From the NCBI GenBank assembly GCA_032718475.1, contig JAUCBJ010007345.1, forward strand, positions 1-64,000: DNA of 64,000 bases, read 5' to 3'. The position numbers and the translations under genes are program-made. This document shows, one piece after another, positions 35,677 to 49,014 of the stretch (the first letter of the stretch is position 1; each line of letters starts with the position of its first letter). The notes beneath the pieces are model-generated. The model was not told the origin of the DNA and did no database searches. It worked only from the letters and a program-made list of their open reading frames with translations. Origin of the DNA: Nemertoderma westbladi (taxonomy: Eukaryota > Animalia > Xenacoelomorpha).

Positions 35677-36927
35677 ATGTCAATTATTAAGGAATTAGAT
35701 TTATTTTCTACACAGCCAATACAGACTGAATTTAAAGCAAAGCATTATGAAACAATTTACCCGGTATCTAATCTCAGAAGCGAGTCTAGGGAAGTCACGT
35801 TTCTTGTACCGAGATCCAATGAATTCTATACGAAACTGCAAGATGCGTTATTAATTACAAAATGTACTGTACGGTGGGATAGACGACTTGAAAACTCCCA
35901 TATTTATATGTTGAATTACCCTTCTGGGACTATGTGGAGTGATATTAAAATAGACCTTAATGAGAAGCAGGTTGAAAATAGCAATAACCATTATTTCTAC
36001 AAGTCGTACTTATCCAATTTATTATTTACTACATACGAATAAAAAAATGGGCTTCTGGGGGCGGGCGGCTTTCGTCAGCCTTTATCCGAACACGGAAATG
36101 AAATTAATCCTGGTGCGCATCCTATTGGTGAGGCCTTTAGTAAACAAATGCAATTTGTAAGTGGATTGACGATTGATTTTGATACTGAAAGTAAAATAAT
36201 ACAACCCGGGTATGATTTAAGAATGCATTTTAGAAAAGTATCAAATTTGTTTATTTTTAAAATCACTCCAAACGCAAACGCTGTGACAAATCTTCGGCTA
36301 GAATTAGATGAAGTAAAGATCCTAATCCCTAGAATGGAGGTTAATCCAGTAATAGAAAGCAGTCACCTAAAAGGTTTAGAGAGTTATGATATTAAATATC
36401 AATTCCAAAAAAAGGAGGTTACAACATTTACTATTCCCGCTCAAACCACAAATTACACCCAAACAAACATATTTGATGGTAAAAAACCCAAATTAGTTAT
36501 TATTGGTTTTATAACAAATAACGCATATTCGGGAGAATTAATTAGTAATCCCTTGAAATTTGAACATTTTAACCTTAGACGCGCGGAACTGATTGTAGAC
36601 GATCTTCCAGTAGGTGGTGTAATATACGAGCCTAATTTTACAGATGGAACATACATTTTTGAGTATACTCAATTAATGAAAAATATTAATACATATATTA
36701 ACGGTTATGGAGGTAATAATATAGACCATGAAACCTACTTAGGTAATATCCTGGGACCTAACTGCCGATGGCTATGTTAGAGATCCTCAGCCATCGATAT
36801 ATACTAACGGACAATTAAAATTAAGATTTGCCGAACCGTTGGTTGAGACCATAAATGTAATCGTTTTTATTATTTATGATCAATCATTAAGTTTAAATAG
36901 AAGGAAAGAAATACATATCGATTAAGT
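35677..36927 (+). pseudogene. Major capsid protein (double jelly-roll), disrupted
   Basis: ELDLFSTQPIQT at the N-terminus and PKLVIIGFITNNAYSG..NPLKFEHFNL; internal stop and frameshifts. Confidence 0.85.
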
Positions 36928-37623
36928 ATGTTATCTACAGAGGACCTTGATATGTTTCCAGTGGGTGGTCACTATTTGGGAGCGTTTCCATCTAATAAAT
37001 TACCTAAATTAGATAATAATAATAATAATAAGCGGAGAGACTATGGGTTAATAGTAAATACCAATAAAGAGCATCTACCCGGTGTTCATTGGATAGCTAT
37101 ATATATACGAGATAATGATGCTGAATTTTTTAATTCGTTTGGACCAAAATATCCAAACAGATGTATCGAAAAATGGCTTGAGAAAAATTCAGCAAGGTGG
37201 TGTACTACTACGGTCTTGTACTTTGGCAGCCTCATGGAGTGAATAAGCATGGTGGACAGCCCATGACTTTCTTGAGACGCATCTTAAAGGACACTGGCCT
37301 TAAAGATGCGGATGATCTAGCAAATGTCATGGGTGATAGGGAGTTGTGGCGGTGCAATTTTGTTGACAAGCCGGCACAGCATTCTTAAAAATGCAGCTGC
37401 AATGCAGCATGCCGATCCTAGAAGTAGTAGTAGTAGTACAATTCGCAAACAATTTCAAGACCCTAGAAGGACCACATGCGGGTTATACTGTCTTTATTAC
37501 TTGGTAAATCGAATTCACACAAACTATCCAATGAGAGCGTTTACAAATAATGTGGAAATAAATGAAATAATATTATATAAATGGCTTGTTAATTATTATA
37601 AAATAAACCAACAAGCATTGTAA
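36928..37623 (+). pseudogene. Adenain-like cysteine protease interrupted by a LINE fragment
   Basis: NTN...PGVHWIAIY, EFFNSFG, then QFQD...TCGLYCLYYL after the 37209-37437 insert. Confidence 0.88.
37209..37437 (+). mobile_element. 5'-truncated RTE-type non-LTR retrotransposon 3' end
   Basis: Encodes LWQPHG...GGQPMTF...KDTG...MGDRELWR (RTE-like C-terminus) and ends in an (AGT)5 tail; removing it rejoins the protease frame. Confidence 0.8.
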
Positions 37624-37667
37624 TTAATCATTTAACTTTTGTTTATCTAAATATATTATCAGATAAA

Positions 37668-38217
37668 ATGGATAATATTATTTTTGTTGATTTTCAATAT
37701 TATACGATAGACAATATGGAATATCCGGTAGTATTTAAAGAATTTGCTATATTCGATTCTAATTACACCAAAACTAATGTAAAGACGTTTTTAACTAAAG
37801 GACCTCCTAATATTAAGTTATCAGCATTAGATAAGCATTAACATTTCGCAAGATGACTTTAAAAAGTACATGAAGAGACATTTAAAATATAAAAAAAATA
37901 TATATGTATTCGGGTTGATGAAGCAAGCAATATTAATTTCCCAACTTGATGTACTTGCACCAAATTCAATGGAGAAATTGGGAATATATCAGCGATATTA
38001 CAACTATTTAACCCCTTGTCCCTTCCACGATCAATTTACTACAGTAGAAAATAAATGCGCTTACCACTTAAACACAAAGGATAACTGTCTGCGGTACTGC
38101 TCTGCAAAACGAGTCGGAGGGTATGAATTAAAGCAATTTTTCGTGAGAAAGCATTTAACTGAGACAGATGATAAACAGAAAGAAATAACTGCGGTAGAAG
38201 ATGTACTCGTACAGTAG
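37668..38217 (+). pseudogene. Conserved Maverick ORF (VDFQY..FKEFA..C-x-x-H..C), possibly DnaQ-like fold
   Basis: Frameshifted; shares motifs with the minus-strand ORF at 47461-48141. Confidence 0.6.
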
Positions 38218-38342
38218 GTTTACTCTAAGCATGTAATGTGATGGGATAATATAATTGTTTTAATGTCAATAAAAATAATAAAAATATTAAAATCTATTTT
38301 TATATCTCAGTTTGACTGAAGGTGAGTGGTTTAGGTTTACAC

Positions 38343-39398
38343 CAAGGTGTACTAAATAACAGGTCATGCAGCGAGTGGATTCCTGAAATTAGCGGAGGCC
38401 GATCATTTCACTATTTATGACACTATTTTCATAATATTTCCTTAGAAACTTCTTATGTGCTTCTTTGGTAAGGTGGATATGATGACTAGGGTTCATAAAA
38501 ATGTAATAAAATGTCTTTCTGGAATTTTTATCTTGTAGTTGCCAAGGTAACCGGGTGCAAAGTTCAAACTTTGCGCGCCTGTATTTCAAGGCGACAATGG
38601 ATTCTTCCCTTGAGATTTGGTAGGTGATTAAAGGAAATCAAAGTCTATCAAAATATTTTACATTTTAATTTGTTTACATTCCCGTTGCCATGGAAATAAG
38701 TATAATGAAAAATTTGAGAAATTGTCTGCCAATTCTATAAAACACCATTTTTATTAGGTTTGTCAGTCTAAATAATAAGTTAAAATTGCCAACACTTTAT
38801 TTTATAATTCGTCAAGTGTGAATCATATTTTTAAAAGTCATCATTTGCCAATAAACTAAACTGTCCAATCAGAGAGCAAGACATGTGATAGCATGATGTT
38901 GACATTCCAGAATATTAAATTTCGGTTAGCAATTATTAGAAATAAAGGACAGACACCAGGCATTTTTGTTGAAAATTATATAAGTAGTAAATAGTAGCCC
39001 AATTTCTATCTGGCGGTCATAATGGGAAATTATCGTAATTCCCGTCACCATGGAAACGGGATTGAAAAAAAATGAAAATGTAAAATATTTTGATAGACTT
39101 TTATTCCCTTTGCTTATATACCAAATCTCAAGAACAGAATCCCTTGTCGTCTTGAATTACAGGCGCTCGAAATTTGAACATTGCACCCGGTTACCTTGGC
39201 AACTACAAGATAAAAATTCCAGAAAGACATTTTATTTCATTGCTATGAATCCTAGTCATCATATCCACCTAACCAAAGTTGCATAAGATGGGTTTCTAAT
39301 GAAATATTATGAAAATAGTGTCATAAATAGGGAAACGATCGGCCTCCGCTAATTTCAGCAATCAGCTCGCTGCATGACCTGTTATTTAGTACACCTTG
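38343..39398. mobile_element. MITE with ~350-bp TIRs and 8-bp TSD (P-element- or hAT-like)
   Basis: TSD gtttacac at 38335-38342 and 39399-39406; ends caaggtgtactaaataacaggtcatgcagcgag and its exact inverse. Confidence 0.92.
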
Positions 39399-40620
39399 GT
39401 TTACACTCACAAACACACTGCAGCTACCGGTAGCCGGCTGTTGTATCTGAGTTTAACTACCAGTAGCTGACTTTACACATACAGACATATAACAACAACG
39501 CTAAACTGTAGCACAGCAGAATGGAATGGCTCCCCTTCTAGACTGACAGCACCCGCAGCGCTTTAGCAATACTTACTAGTAATAAAATTAAATTAACTCG
39601 ACATGTGGTTTGTGAATGCAGCATTAGAGAGGCCCTCCTAACAATAGACCTACTGGTACCAGCACTGTAGCACTCTTGTAACTGTATACTTGGATAGAGC
39701 AAGGGCATGCTGGTTTCTTCGATTTAAGGATTAGGCTATTACACTTGAATGCTTCCAATTTTCTGTTTACAACTTTAATTGCTCTAATCTACATTACAGC
39801 GGGCTACTACTGTCGCATAGGTAAGCCTATACAGCTATAGTTAACTTTACGCGGTCCCTTTTTTTTCAAATGTTGACCCAATATGGTTTACGGTTAACCT
39901 TTAGAACTCATGGACAGACGCACCTTCATTCGGTTAGGTATATAGGCCTAATGACTCCGCAACTGAAAGCTGACTAGCTCACGGATACAATAGGTGTGGT
40001 TAGGTACTGGTAGCGCTATAGGCCCTATAAAATCCCCTCGCACTCTCAGCTACTAACTTTCAACATTCACTCTATGTCAGTATGTTGTATGCTTTACAGT
40101 TAACCTCTAGAACACATAGTCAGGCGCCCCTTCATTCAACCAGTCATATAAAGGCTCCACTCGGATACAATAGGTGTGGCTCGCGGTATATAAAATTCAC
40201 CACTCACAAGTTCATTCATTCACTTCATGTTGTAGGTCTATATAAAACATAGTTAGTTTATTTATGTATTCGCTTTTTTTTTAATACAATACAAAAAACC
40301 TACTGATACCGGTAACACATTAACACTGTACCAAACACACGTGACTAATTATAGGCCTATACGAGTCTACTTGTTAATGGTGTATTCTTGGATCTGTTGG
40401 AAGTAGTAGAGTCGGAGCAGGAGCTACTGATATTTCTTCTTCTTGTTCTTCCCAGTGCTCACCCCTACTATAATTGTCCAGACTTATCTGGTGAGCTTCT
40501 CCCGGTTGGACCCGAACGTTTAAATTAAAGTTTTTATTTGTTGTCAATGTAGTTTGTCTACCTTCGCCGCTCGGTTTATTCTTAACCATTATAGTAATTT
40601 CGCCGTTGTTATTTTTCAAA

Positions 40621-43600
40621 TGTAATGGAATTATTCTGTGTTTCAGACTTTAGCCAAACATTAGAACGGCTTTGATCACCAGAACGTATAACTGTTACCC
40701 TGTCATACCTGGCACCTCAAACTTACACACCGCATTATTTTACTGTTATTTACTGTCAGTGTTTATTAATTGTATTGGTTCATGGAAGATTGTTATATTT
40801 GGATATTATCGATAACTAATCATAAAACCCCATCTTCTTGATATACTGAAGGTAAGAGACCGGTTACATATAGCAATTGCGACTTATATGATATTGGTTT
40901 TGGAGTGAATCTAATGCTATTTCATAGGCACTGCATGGGTCAATTGCTGTTCTCTTTATATGTGACTAAAATTAGTAAAGGTCGGCAGATCAGTGTGCAG
41001 TATTGTGCGGTATCTGTAGTGTGCATGATTGTGACAGATAACAAAGCCATCCCGTTGTGTTTAGTGTAAGTCATAGCTCTGTTTATATATTTAGAGCGCC
41101 ACGTCCTAAAGGAACTGTTAATATTTCCCGAAAGTGAATAATATTTGTCAGAGATTATATATTAACGATCAATCGAATAATACAGTAGGCATACACCGCA
41201 ATAAGGTCAGAGCTTCCGAATCCAGTCTCCCGGGTATATCCAGCGGGTGAATGGTCGCGCATAGGCTGGCTTCGGCTAATGTAGTGTATCAAATACTCGT
41301 CATAGGCTAAAGTCGATTTACAAACTAAAAGACACCTAAATTTGGCAGGTTAAACTGCTAAAGGTCTAAAAGCGCGAACAGTAACAGTTATTGCTTCTTT
41401 ATTGCAGTAAGCAATAAAGTTGAAAAGTACCGGTCGACCGGTAACCAGTAGGCCCAACTACCTAACCACCCGGACCGGTACTTACAACAGTATAGTAGTC
41501 TCGGTATATCAGTATTATTCGATTTTGATAATTATATACCGGTAGGTCTTGATGGTTAATCAGGGACTGCAGCCCTGGTTTTTCATTAGGATTTTACTTA
41601 TTTCTGTCAGTTTTATTTATTTGTTGGCTAATATTGAGCAGAAGGCGTGTAAGCCTGCTCAGATCGTACAGATAATTTGTAGGCTAGACTGTTGTCTGAC
41701 TGTTGTTAGGTCTGAACGGATTGCAGTGCATGTAGAGTGTATGTCCGATAAAGTGCCGGTTAGGAACGTAGGGGCATCCAGTGCTGTAAGGTAAATCCCC
41801 CCCGAAAGAATAAGTCGTACTACTCGGTTAGAACGCATACTAACTAACCATTTCGGAGTCTGCATGTCCTGTAGTTTATTTAGGCTTGATAGTAGTCTGC
41901 CAGCGTTTGGTCTGTACTTTGTTTGTGTAGTCTGTACAGGTACCGTAATATTTCTTATTCAGATAATTTGTAGGCTAGATTGTTGTCTGGCTGTTGTTAG
42001 GTCTGAAGAAATTGTAGTGTGTGTGGAGTGTATGTCCGATAAAGTGCCGGTTAGGAACATAGGGGCATCCAGTGCTGTAAGGTAAATCCCCCCCGAAAGA
42101 ATAAGTCGTACTACTCGGTTAGAACGCATACTAACTAACCATTTCGGAGTCTGCACATACTGTAGTTTATTTAGGCTTGATTGTAGTCTGCCAGGGTTTG
42201 GTTTGTATTTTGTTTGAGTAGTCTGTACGGGTAGCGTAATATTTATTATTCAGAGTTTATGCGATTATTCGCAATATTCATACCCCCAAGTTTATTCCTA
42301 TAGTAATTGTGCTTGTTATACATACTGTTATAGTTAAATTAACCCCGGTACTACATCAGGGCTGCTTGGCGTAGGTAAAGACTGGAGATTTTGTGCTCTG
42401 GTCACTCCGGCAGATACCGTGGTTCCTTTAGCTGTCTGTTCAAGTATTTTTAACTGCTGGTTATTTGTTATACAAGTACTTGTACCTAATTTAGGGTTTA
42501 GTGTACAGTGCTTTCCGAAAGTAATTAGTGTGTAGGCAGTATATTTGTGTTGTAAAGTGGTTAATAGGCACGTTAGCTCTGGTAGGCTGCGGTAATTAAC
42601 TTCTAGGTAGGGACACTCCGTGAAACATAACGTAGTAGTACTTATAGCGATACGGCTATAAGTCGTCAGACGGTGGTATTTTTCCTATCTGGACAACGCA
42701 CTATATTTACTACTGCTTATTATTTTCAAATACCGTAGTATCCTGTCCGTTGTAATAACCAGATATTCTAACCCTTTGTTAGGCTGGTTTGTAGACTTCT
42801 TGTAAAATTACCCTAAAAATTCATACCGTACTCGTAATTTTTTGTGTTTATTTAGAGATTGTAATCTCACCCCGAAATTGTACATAATTTGTAGTAATAA
42901 GTAACTTAGGCAAGTAGAAATTATTTGTTTTAGTGTCCAATAAGTAGCACTTCACTGAGAGCACACAGCTTCTGTGTAGTGACTCCTTCCTAGAAATAAT
43001 AACATTATTTCAAACATTGAAACAAAACCCATTAAACGGGTATATATATTATAAATCAATTCAAACCGATTTATAAAATAGTAGGCCTGTCATATAACAA
43101 TTAGGTCTTAACATCAGTTGGACTACTGCTTAAATAACGGTAATAAAGTAAAGTAAAGTAACCAAGTAACCCTTAAAATTCAGAAATACAATTATTCTAA
43201 AATAATTGACATACCGGTATTTACAATAGGCTTATAATATTTATTCTATAAATCTAAGCTGAAATTATATACCGGTATTCTGTAATTAATTCTAGTTTAT
43301 AATTATACTTATATACTATAAGTGTGAGCTGTATACCGGTATTCACGATAGGCTTATTATATATTTCTATATATCTATGCTGAAATTATATACCGGTATT
43401 CTGTGACAAACCTAGTCTGTAATAATACTTATATATGCTATAAGTGTATACCGGTATTCTGATACATTGTATATATATCATTTTACATAGAGTGACGATA
43501 TCGGTAATTAATTACTAGGCTAACAGTTGATACTGAATTACTAGACTTACTGTACAAATAAACATGTCTGATACAAAACAAAATCTATCAGACAGTCTTT

Positions 43601-45790
43601 TAGATACAACCATCTGTGACCCAGACAGGAGTGTGGAACGTGTGAGACCCAAGTTCAACTCACCTCCTACTGTAAGAAAGATCATCCCTCCAGTAGTAGT
43701 ATCAGACCCTAGGCTAGTCCAACACCGTAGGTCTATCATCGGCACTCGGGCTCAAGTAAAGCGGGATCAAGAAGCAGCTGTCAAACAGCAGCATCCTAGC
43801 CAGGAACTTAGTTCTCAGCGGCCCAATAGCTCCAGTAGTTCGGACACTGTAGAGCTGACACCCGAGTGCGGAGAAAAGATGAAAGATACAGTTTATTCGG
43901 ATCCCCTTCTCATTCTTCCTGCAGCAGTACTAACTACGGTATTGATTGCGGTGGAGGAACACCAACTTGATTGGGCGAGAGGTAGGAGATCGACCAAGGA
44001 CAGTTATGCGGGATACACCAAGGAGGAACTGAAGTCTATTGTCGAGTCGAAATGGAACTTCCCCAGACCCGGACTCCCGTTTGACTTATCAGAAGCTACC
44101 TGGGAAGACATACACAGGATGGGAGTGACAAAAGACACAATAGATCCAGCTGTCTGGAAGAGGTCAGCAGCGGATATGTACAGGGATTCTTCAGCTCTTT
44201 GGAGCGATTAGAAGAACAACTGTTTTGACAACCCCAAGGACCTCAAGAGCAGGGAGAGCTGCTTTATCAAGTACGAGAAAGAACTCTACGCATCAGACTA
44301 ATCCTATCGGCCTTTCAGGAAGCTTCGAAAAGAAGACAGGACACGTCGTTGCAAGTTGCCGTAAAGACTTGGTTTCAGTGGGTGAGTCTCAAGGTTCAAG
44401 GAACAGCCCAGTGGAAATCGCAGCTGGCTGATCGCTCAGCCCATGGAGAATCAACAGACACTACCTTTTCTCAAGTGGAAAGTGAAGCGACCACAGAGAA
44501 ACCGCATGAGAGGGACGCTATTGACATCTATCTGTCAGACTATCAAAGATTTCTAGGAGATGAAGAGTTGAGGAGACGGCTGGCTGGACTTCGCCCTAAT
44601 AGTGAAGGAGCCAAGTTTGTGTTGGACGCAATAGATGCGGAAATGTTAGCTGCGAACCAAGCTAAATTTGATGAAAGCCTCCGCATCGCTAGAGTCCAAG
44701 AAGAACAAGTAAAGAAAAAACGTATAGAAGACAGAAAGATAGCAGCAGCGGCAGTGGCAGCGGCAGAAGCGGAAAGAAAAGCGGCAGAAGCGGAAAGAAA
44801 GGCGGCAGAAGCGGAAAGAAAGGCGGTAGAGGCAGCGGCGGAAGTGGAAAGAAAAGCCGCAGAAGTGGAAAGAAAAGCGGCCGAAGCGGAAAGAAAGATA
44901 GCAGTGGCAGAAGCAGAACGGAGAGCGTCTGAAGAGACCACCCAACTAGAGTTGGAAAATATTCAAGAGAATCAAGACTGCATGAATAAACAGTTAGCAG
45001 CTAGTCAAATGCAGATGATGAGTCGATCTACTCCCAAACGACAGAGATTTACATCCTCTGATGAAGGCGATACCACCAATCCTGAAGGCGGAGGACATAG
45101 ATCTCGTCTAAGTAGGCGTAGAAGAACGTCTCACTGTCAGAAATTGCCTAATTTGCCACCGGCCGTTAGAAGACAACTAGCTAGCACAGACTTAGGTAGT
45201 ACAGAATTAGGTAGTACAGACCAAATTATTGAAGTAGAAAGACTCCCTACTATAGTGGATGAACCTGAAATAATTAGGCCTGTACTCGAAGCCACCCCTT
45301 CGGTGAGAGAGACACCTGTACTCACAGAACTTACTTCTAAATTCCCTTTGCACAGCACGAAACTACCTGTGCCCAGCAAAACAACCTCTGAGACAGTTCC
45401 TGTCCTGGACTCCGAGCGAAATATTAATGATTTGTCGCCCGTTGTTACCCGTCCGCCCGCTACTAGGTTAGCGGCTCCCGCTTCAGCGGGTGAGTGGGTT
45501 GAGGAGGGACGGCGGGAGATGAGCCTCTTGCTCGGCCAGTTGAGAGAACACTGGGCGTGTTCCTCACAGCAGGTCCGGGAGTTGGAAGGGACTGTTCAGC
45601 AGTTAAAGGGAACAGTCAGAGAGAGTAGGTTAGAGTTGCAAGAAGTGCAGCAGAATATCGCGTTAGAATGCGATAAATTGGTAAATATACAAAAGGGTAT
45701 CCCACCACCCCCTGTAACAATGTGTCAACCTGTTAGGTCTGAAGTATTTCATGCGCAAGGTGTGGAGCCTACACGCATCTATACTGCTAG
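40621..45790 (+). mobile_element. Truncated LTR-retrotransposon 5' portion (long LTR/leader plus gag-like N-terminus), probably BEL/Pao
   Basis: TGTAA start interrupting an ORF; long leader with tataccggtatt repeats; frameshifted ORFs 43564-44211 and 44349-~45790 with AAEAERK coiled-coil repeats like the first element's gag. No pol or 3' LTR. Confidence 0.55.
41669..42250. repeat. 291-bp tandem duplication
   Basis: cagataatttgtaggctag starts at 41669 and 41960; the two units are highly similar. Confidence 0.92.
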
Positions 45791-46908
45791 TGAAGTAGAA
45801 ACTCCTATAGTAAACCCTATTAAGGGTAATTATAAACCTGTTGACAATGATATTCCATATAGACCTGATCATAATCCGAGAAATTTATATACCGATAACT
45901 CGATATTAACACATTCATTAAACTTTCGAATTCCAACATAAAATTGTTTTCTGGGAAGTTAGGGCAGTATGGATACCCATGTATAATACAGGAATCGATG
46001 TTAAATTCAGCATAATTTAAATCAAAATGGTTAAAATGTAGCAGATTACTGCTTAATTCCCTGTTGAAGTTGGCGTTGGTAAGCATTCCAATCAAATACT
46101 TAGGTAATTTTCCTTGGATTATGTTCGATTCTGTATAACTGGACTGTCCCCCGCCAATAGTGAAGGTTTTCACTTCTTGTTTTAACAAGTTATAAATAAA
46201 GTCATTTTTTTGTGACCCCAACAAATGCGCGCGCATAACCTCGGCATCAATCCTGTGGCGTTTTATTTTTAAATTAATATTCATGATTTTAACTCTTGGG
46301 TTTGCCAATCCTGCAGGGGGTCAACTTTAAAAAAAAAAATTATTCAATACTCGGTCTATACGAAGTCAAATGTTAATTCCTGGCGGCAGTAATTTGTCCT
46401 GACTTGTTAGGTCTAAAAAAATTGGGGCCACAACAAATTTAACATAAATCCCACAAACGCCATTCCCAGTAGCAACAGGTACCCAGCCTAGATTATTATC
46501 TGTATCCTCATAACCACCAGCTTTTAAAATACCGCTTTTTTCGTTAGCATCTGTCAACAGTAATGTCTGAAATGTAGACTTATAGGCGTAGAACCCATTC
46601 AAGGTTTCAACTAGCTTTTCATTTAGGTACAACAAACAATTCTCAAACAGCTATCCACCCGGGTAATTGAGATGGTGGAGGGTTGTATCGTCGTTAGCCC
46701 TATCACCGTCCCACATAATTTTATATTTAATGTGAAATTTCGAATTCTTTAAATCAGTATATAGAACATTTGACAGGGGTATAAAGAATTCTATTTGCCT
46801 GGCATTTGCGTCAAGTGTAGAAATCGGGTAGATATCCAAAAAATGTGAAGATGTGTATTCTCGCTGATTTGTTTTACTCGAGAATAATGATAATTCTAAT
46901 TTACTCAT
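45790..46908 (-). pseudogene. Major capsid protein of a second Maverick family; partial duplicate at 49059-49617
   Basis: MSKLELSLFS, YAYKSTFQTLL, LPKYLIG..NANFN...NLLHFNHFDL; frameshifted. Confidence 0.85.
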
Positions 46909-46959
46909 TGTTAAGTTACATGAAAATATCACGACATTTATTATTTCGCTTTTACGTTT

Positions 46960-47442
46960 GCGGCCAACGTTCATACCCATTCTTGCGTGTCGCCGTTTCC
47001 TGCTCCTCTTTTTTTTACTCTTTGGGTTTGTTAATTCATTGTATACCCGTTGGGCGATTTGGCGTGTCTTTGGATGAGGTTATAACCGTGCAGCCACTTT
47101 ATTTATCAAATCATTTGCTTTACTGCGTAAAATACATTTTCCTTTGGGAATTATGTATTTGCGCGCCACTTTTGATGCTTTGGGGAGTGCTTTAGTTAGC
47201 ACCTTTCTTCCTAACTTGCACGCTAATATACCGAGGCCAGTTGTTGATATTCTACGCCCACGCTGACGATTTCGGGCGTAACGCTGGCCGAATTTATTAT
47301 TCTTATTATTCCATACACCAGCAGAAAGGCCAGACCCAGGGAGAATTCTTCTACCCTTAAAAACGGGTATATTGCTATAATTCCCACTTCCCAGTTGGAT
47401 TTGTGGGGTGCTATATAATTTAAACAAATTAGAATCTGACAT
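46960..47442 (-). pseudogene. Basic core-protein-like ORF, homologous to 35236-35670
   Basis: MSDSNLFKLYSTPQIQLGSG..IPVFKG resembles MDSDLFQIYSKPQYGG..AVFKGG. Confidence 0.65.
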
Positions 47443-47460
47443 TATTATTATGAGTATTTA

Positions 47461-48141
47461 TTATAACGTATAATAATAATAATTCTTTACTACATACGTA
47501 TATGTGTAATCAACAAATAATATAAGTACCACATAATAATACAATATAATTAAAAATATATACACATTAATTTGATGACAACCATTTCCCATAACCAACC
47601 AATTAAAACAAGAATCTCTATCAGAATGGTAGACACAATTTGTTATTGCCGAATAATCATGGAAAAGAAATTTGGTGTCATAATCGACATATTTTTCATT
47701 TATGCCGTACGTTTCTAGAAGTGTTCCATTCACATTAAATTCATTTTTTAAAATAAATAATTTCGGTATTCCACGTATTAATATTTGAAATCCCAACCGT
47801 TTTTTTTCTTGTAACCATTCCTGTATGTACATTTTAAATGCGCTTTGGTCCATAAATCCGTAGTCAAAATTAATGTGATGCGTAATATTGGCAAGTTGTG
47901 TGAGACGATCGTATTCGCCTAAACTTAAAATTTTTGCGGATGGTCCATTAATAAACCATACGTTTTCTAATGATTTTATGGTAGTATTATAAGCCGCAAA
48001 CTCTTTAAAATAAATGGTTGCAACGGAGTGTTGGCCGATCTGCGGATGATGCGTCTAATATTGGAAATCTACTATTATTCCTGGGTTTTCCAGCGTCGGG
48101 TAATAATCACACCCGCGGCTGTGACTTAGAAATTTATCCAT
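47461..48141 (-). pseudogene. Conserved Maverick ORF (IVDFQY..FKEFA); duplicate at ~50120-50740
   Basis: Homologous motifs to 37668-38217; internal stop. Confidence 0.6.
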
Positions 48142-48204
48142 ATAGTTGCTATTACTTCAGATAATGATAAATAATAAATAATTTACATCGATTAAATTAT
48201 AACT

Positions 48205-49014
48205 ATCCCAGTCAATTCGTATAAAATGAAGAGTCAATATTGAATTTCCATAATGAAAGCGCAACAGATCACCCGAATCCCCAACCAATTTAGCCAGTAT
48301 ATAGCGTAAATTAGATGTTACTTTAAGTTTTTTATAATATATTTGTTCGACTTCTCTCGTAATGACTTTGCCGTATTCCCCTTCTAATGATATGGTGCGC
48401 AACAGCTGATTTCGTTATTGTCCACAAATTGAGATTCAACACAATTAAGGTAAATATTTATGTTAGGGTCTAGTATCTCGACTGCGTCAGGATGTTTATG
48501 GCACTGGTACTTATTATTCCGTGGATTAATTCTAATTAAATTTTACTCTCCGACGTCGGTTTTTACGCACTTGAAATCTAATTTATCAATATCATGCTCT
48601 ATTAATCCTAGGTAACCACCCAAACATTTGCTGACGAATATTTCCCACTGTTTTCCTCTAAAATGGAATAGTTATATCGCCCGACCTCGCTCTATTATCA
48701 ACTATATTAATTTGAGCTTTAATAATGCTTTTGTTGAAGAACTCATTGATTCTTTCTAATGTCAGAAACGACCCTTCCGGGAGAGTGACATCTCTTGTAT
48801 CCATTTTTTAATTTTTTATAGCCTTTATATAAATGTTACCATTATCGTGACGAATACTAGATACGTAGGTTGTACTAGTCAAACCTACAAACCATTGCCC
48901 TCTAGCGATAGGTAAAGGAATTTGTAAATTTGATTGGAATATGCTAGCATTATTACGCGGAAATTATATTGGGTTCGCGTTTGAAGGTAGTATGACATAA
49001 TAACTATTCATCAT
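48205..49014 (-). pseudogene. Minor capsid protein; partial duplicate at 50814-51335
   Basis: YYVILPSNA..FPRNNAS, VESQFVDN...LLRTI and GDSGDLLRFHYGNSILTLHF. Confidence 0.8.

Larger units (their letters stand above)
29238..38300 (+). mobile_element. Decayed Maverick/Polinton (adintovirus-like) element, plus-strand gene block
   Basis: AGTAGTAG candidate terminus at 29238 and subterminal direct repeats (~29367, ~29473), then ATPase, integrase, two minor capsids, major capsid and protease in series. Right end not found. Confidence 0.88.

Noticed and set aside
38389-39286. Two similar short ORFs on opposite strands
   Set aside because: They are mirror translations of the long TIRs of the 38343-39398 MITE.
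39804-39811. CTACTACT as the right terminus of the plus-strand Maverick
   Set aside because: Adjacent sequence is not an inverted copy of the DNA following 29238 or 29319, so there is no TIR support.
44349-45941. 530-aa ORF as a real gag-capsid fusion gene
   Set aside because: The last ~50 codons are read-through into the antisense strand of a Maverick capsid pseudogene at a truncation junction.
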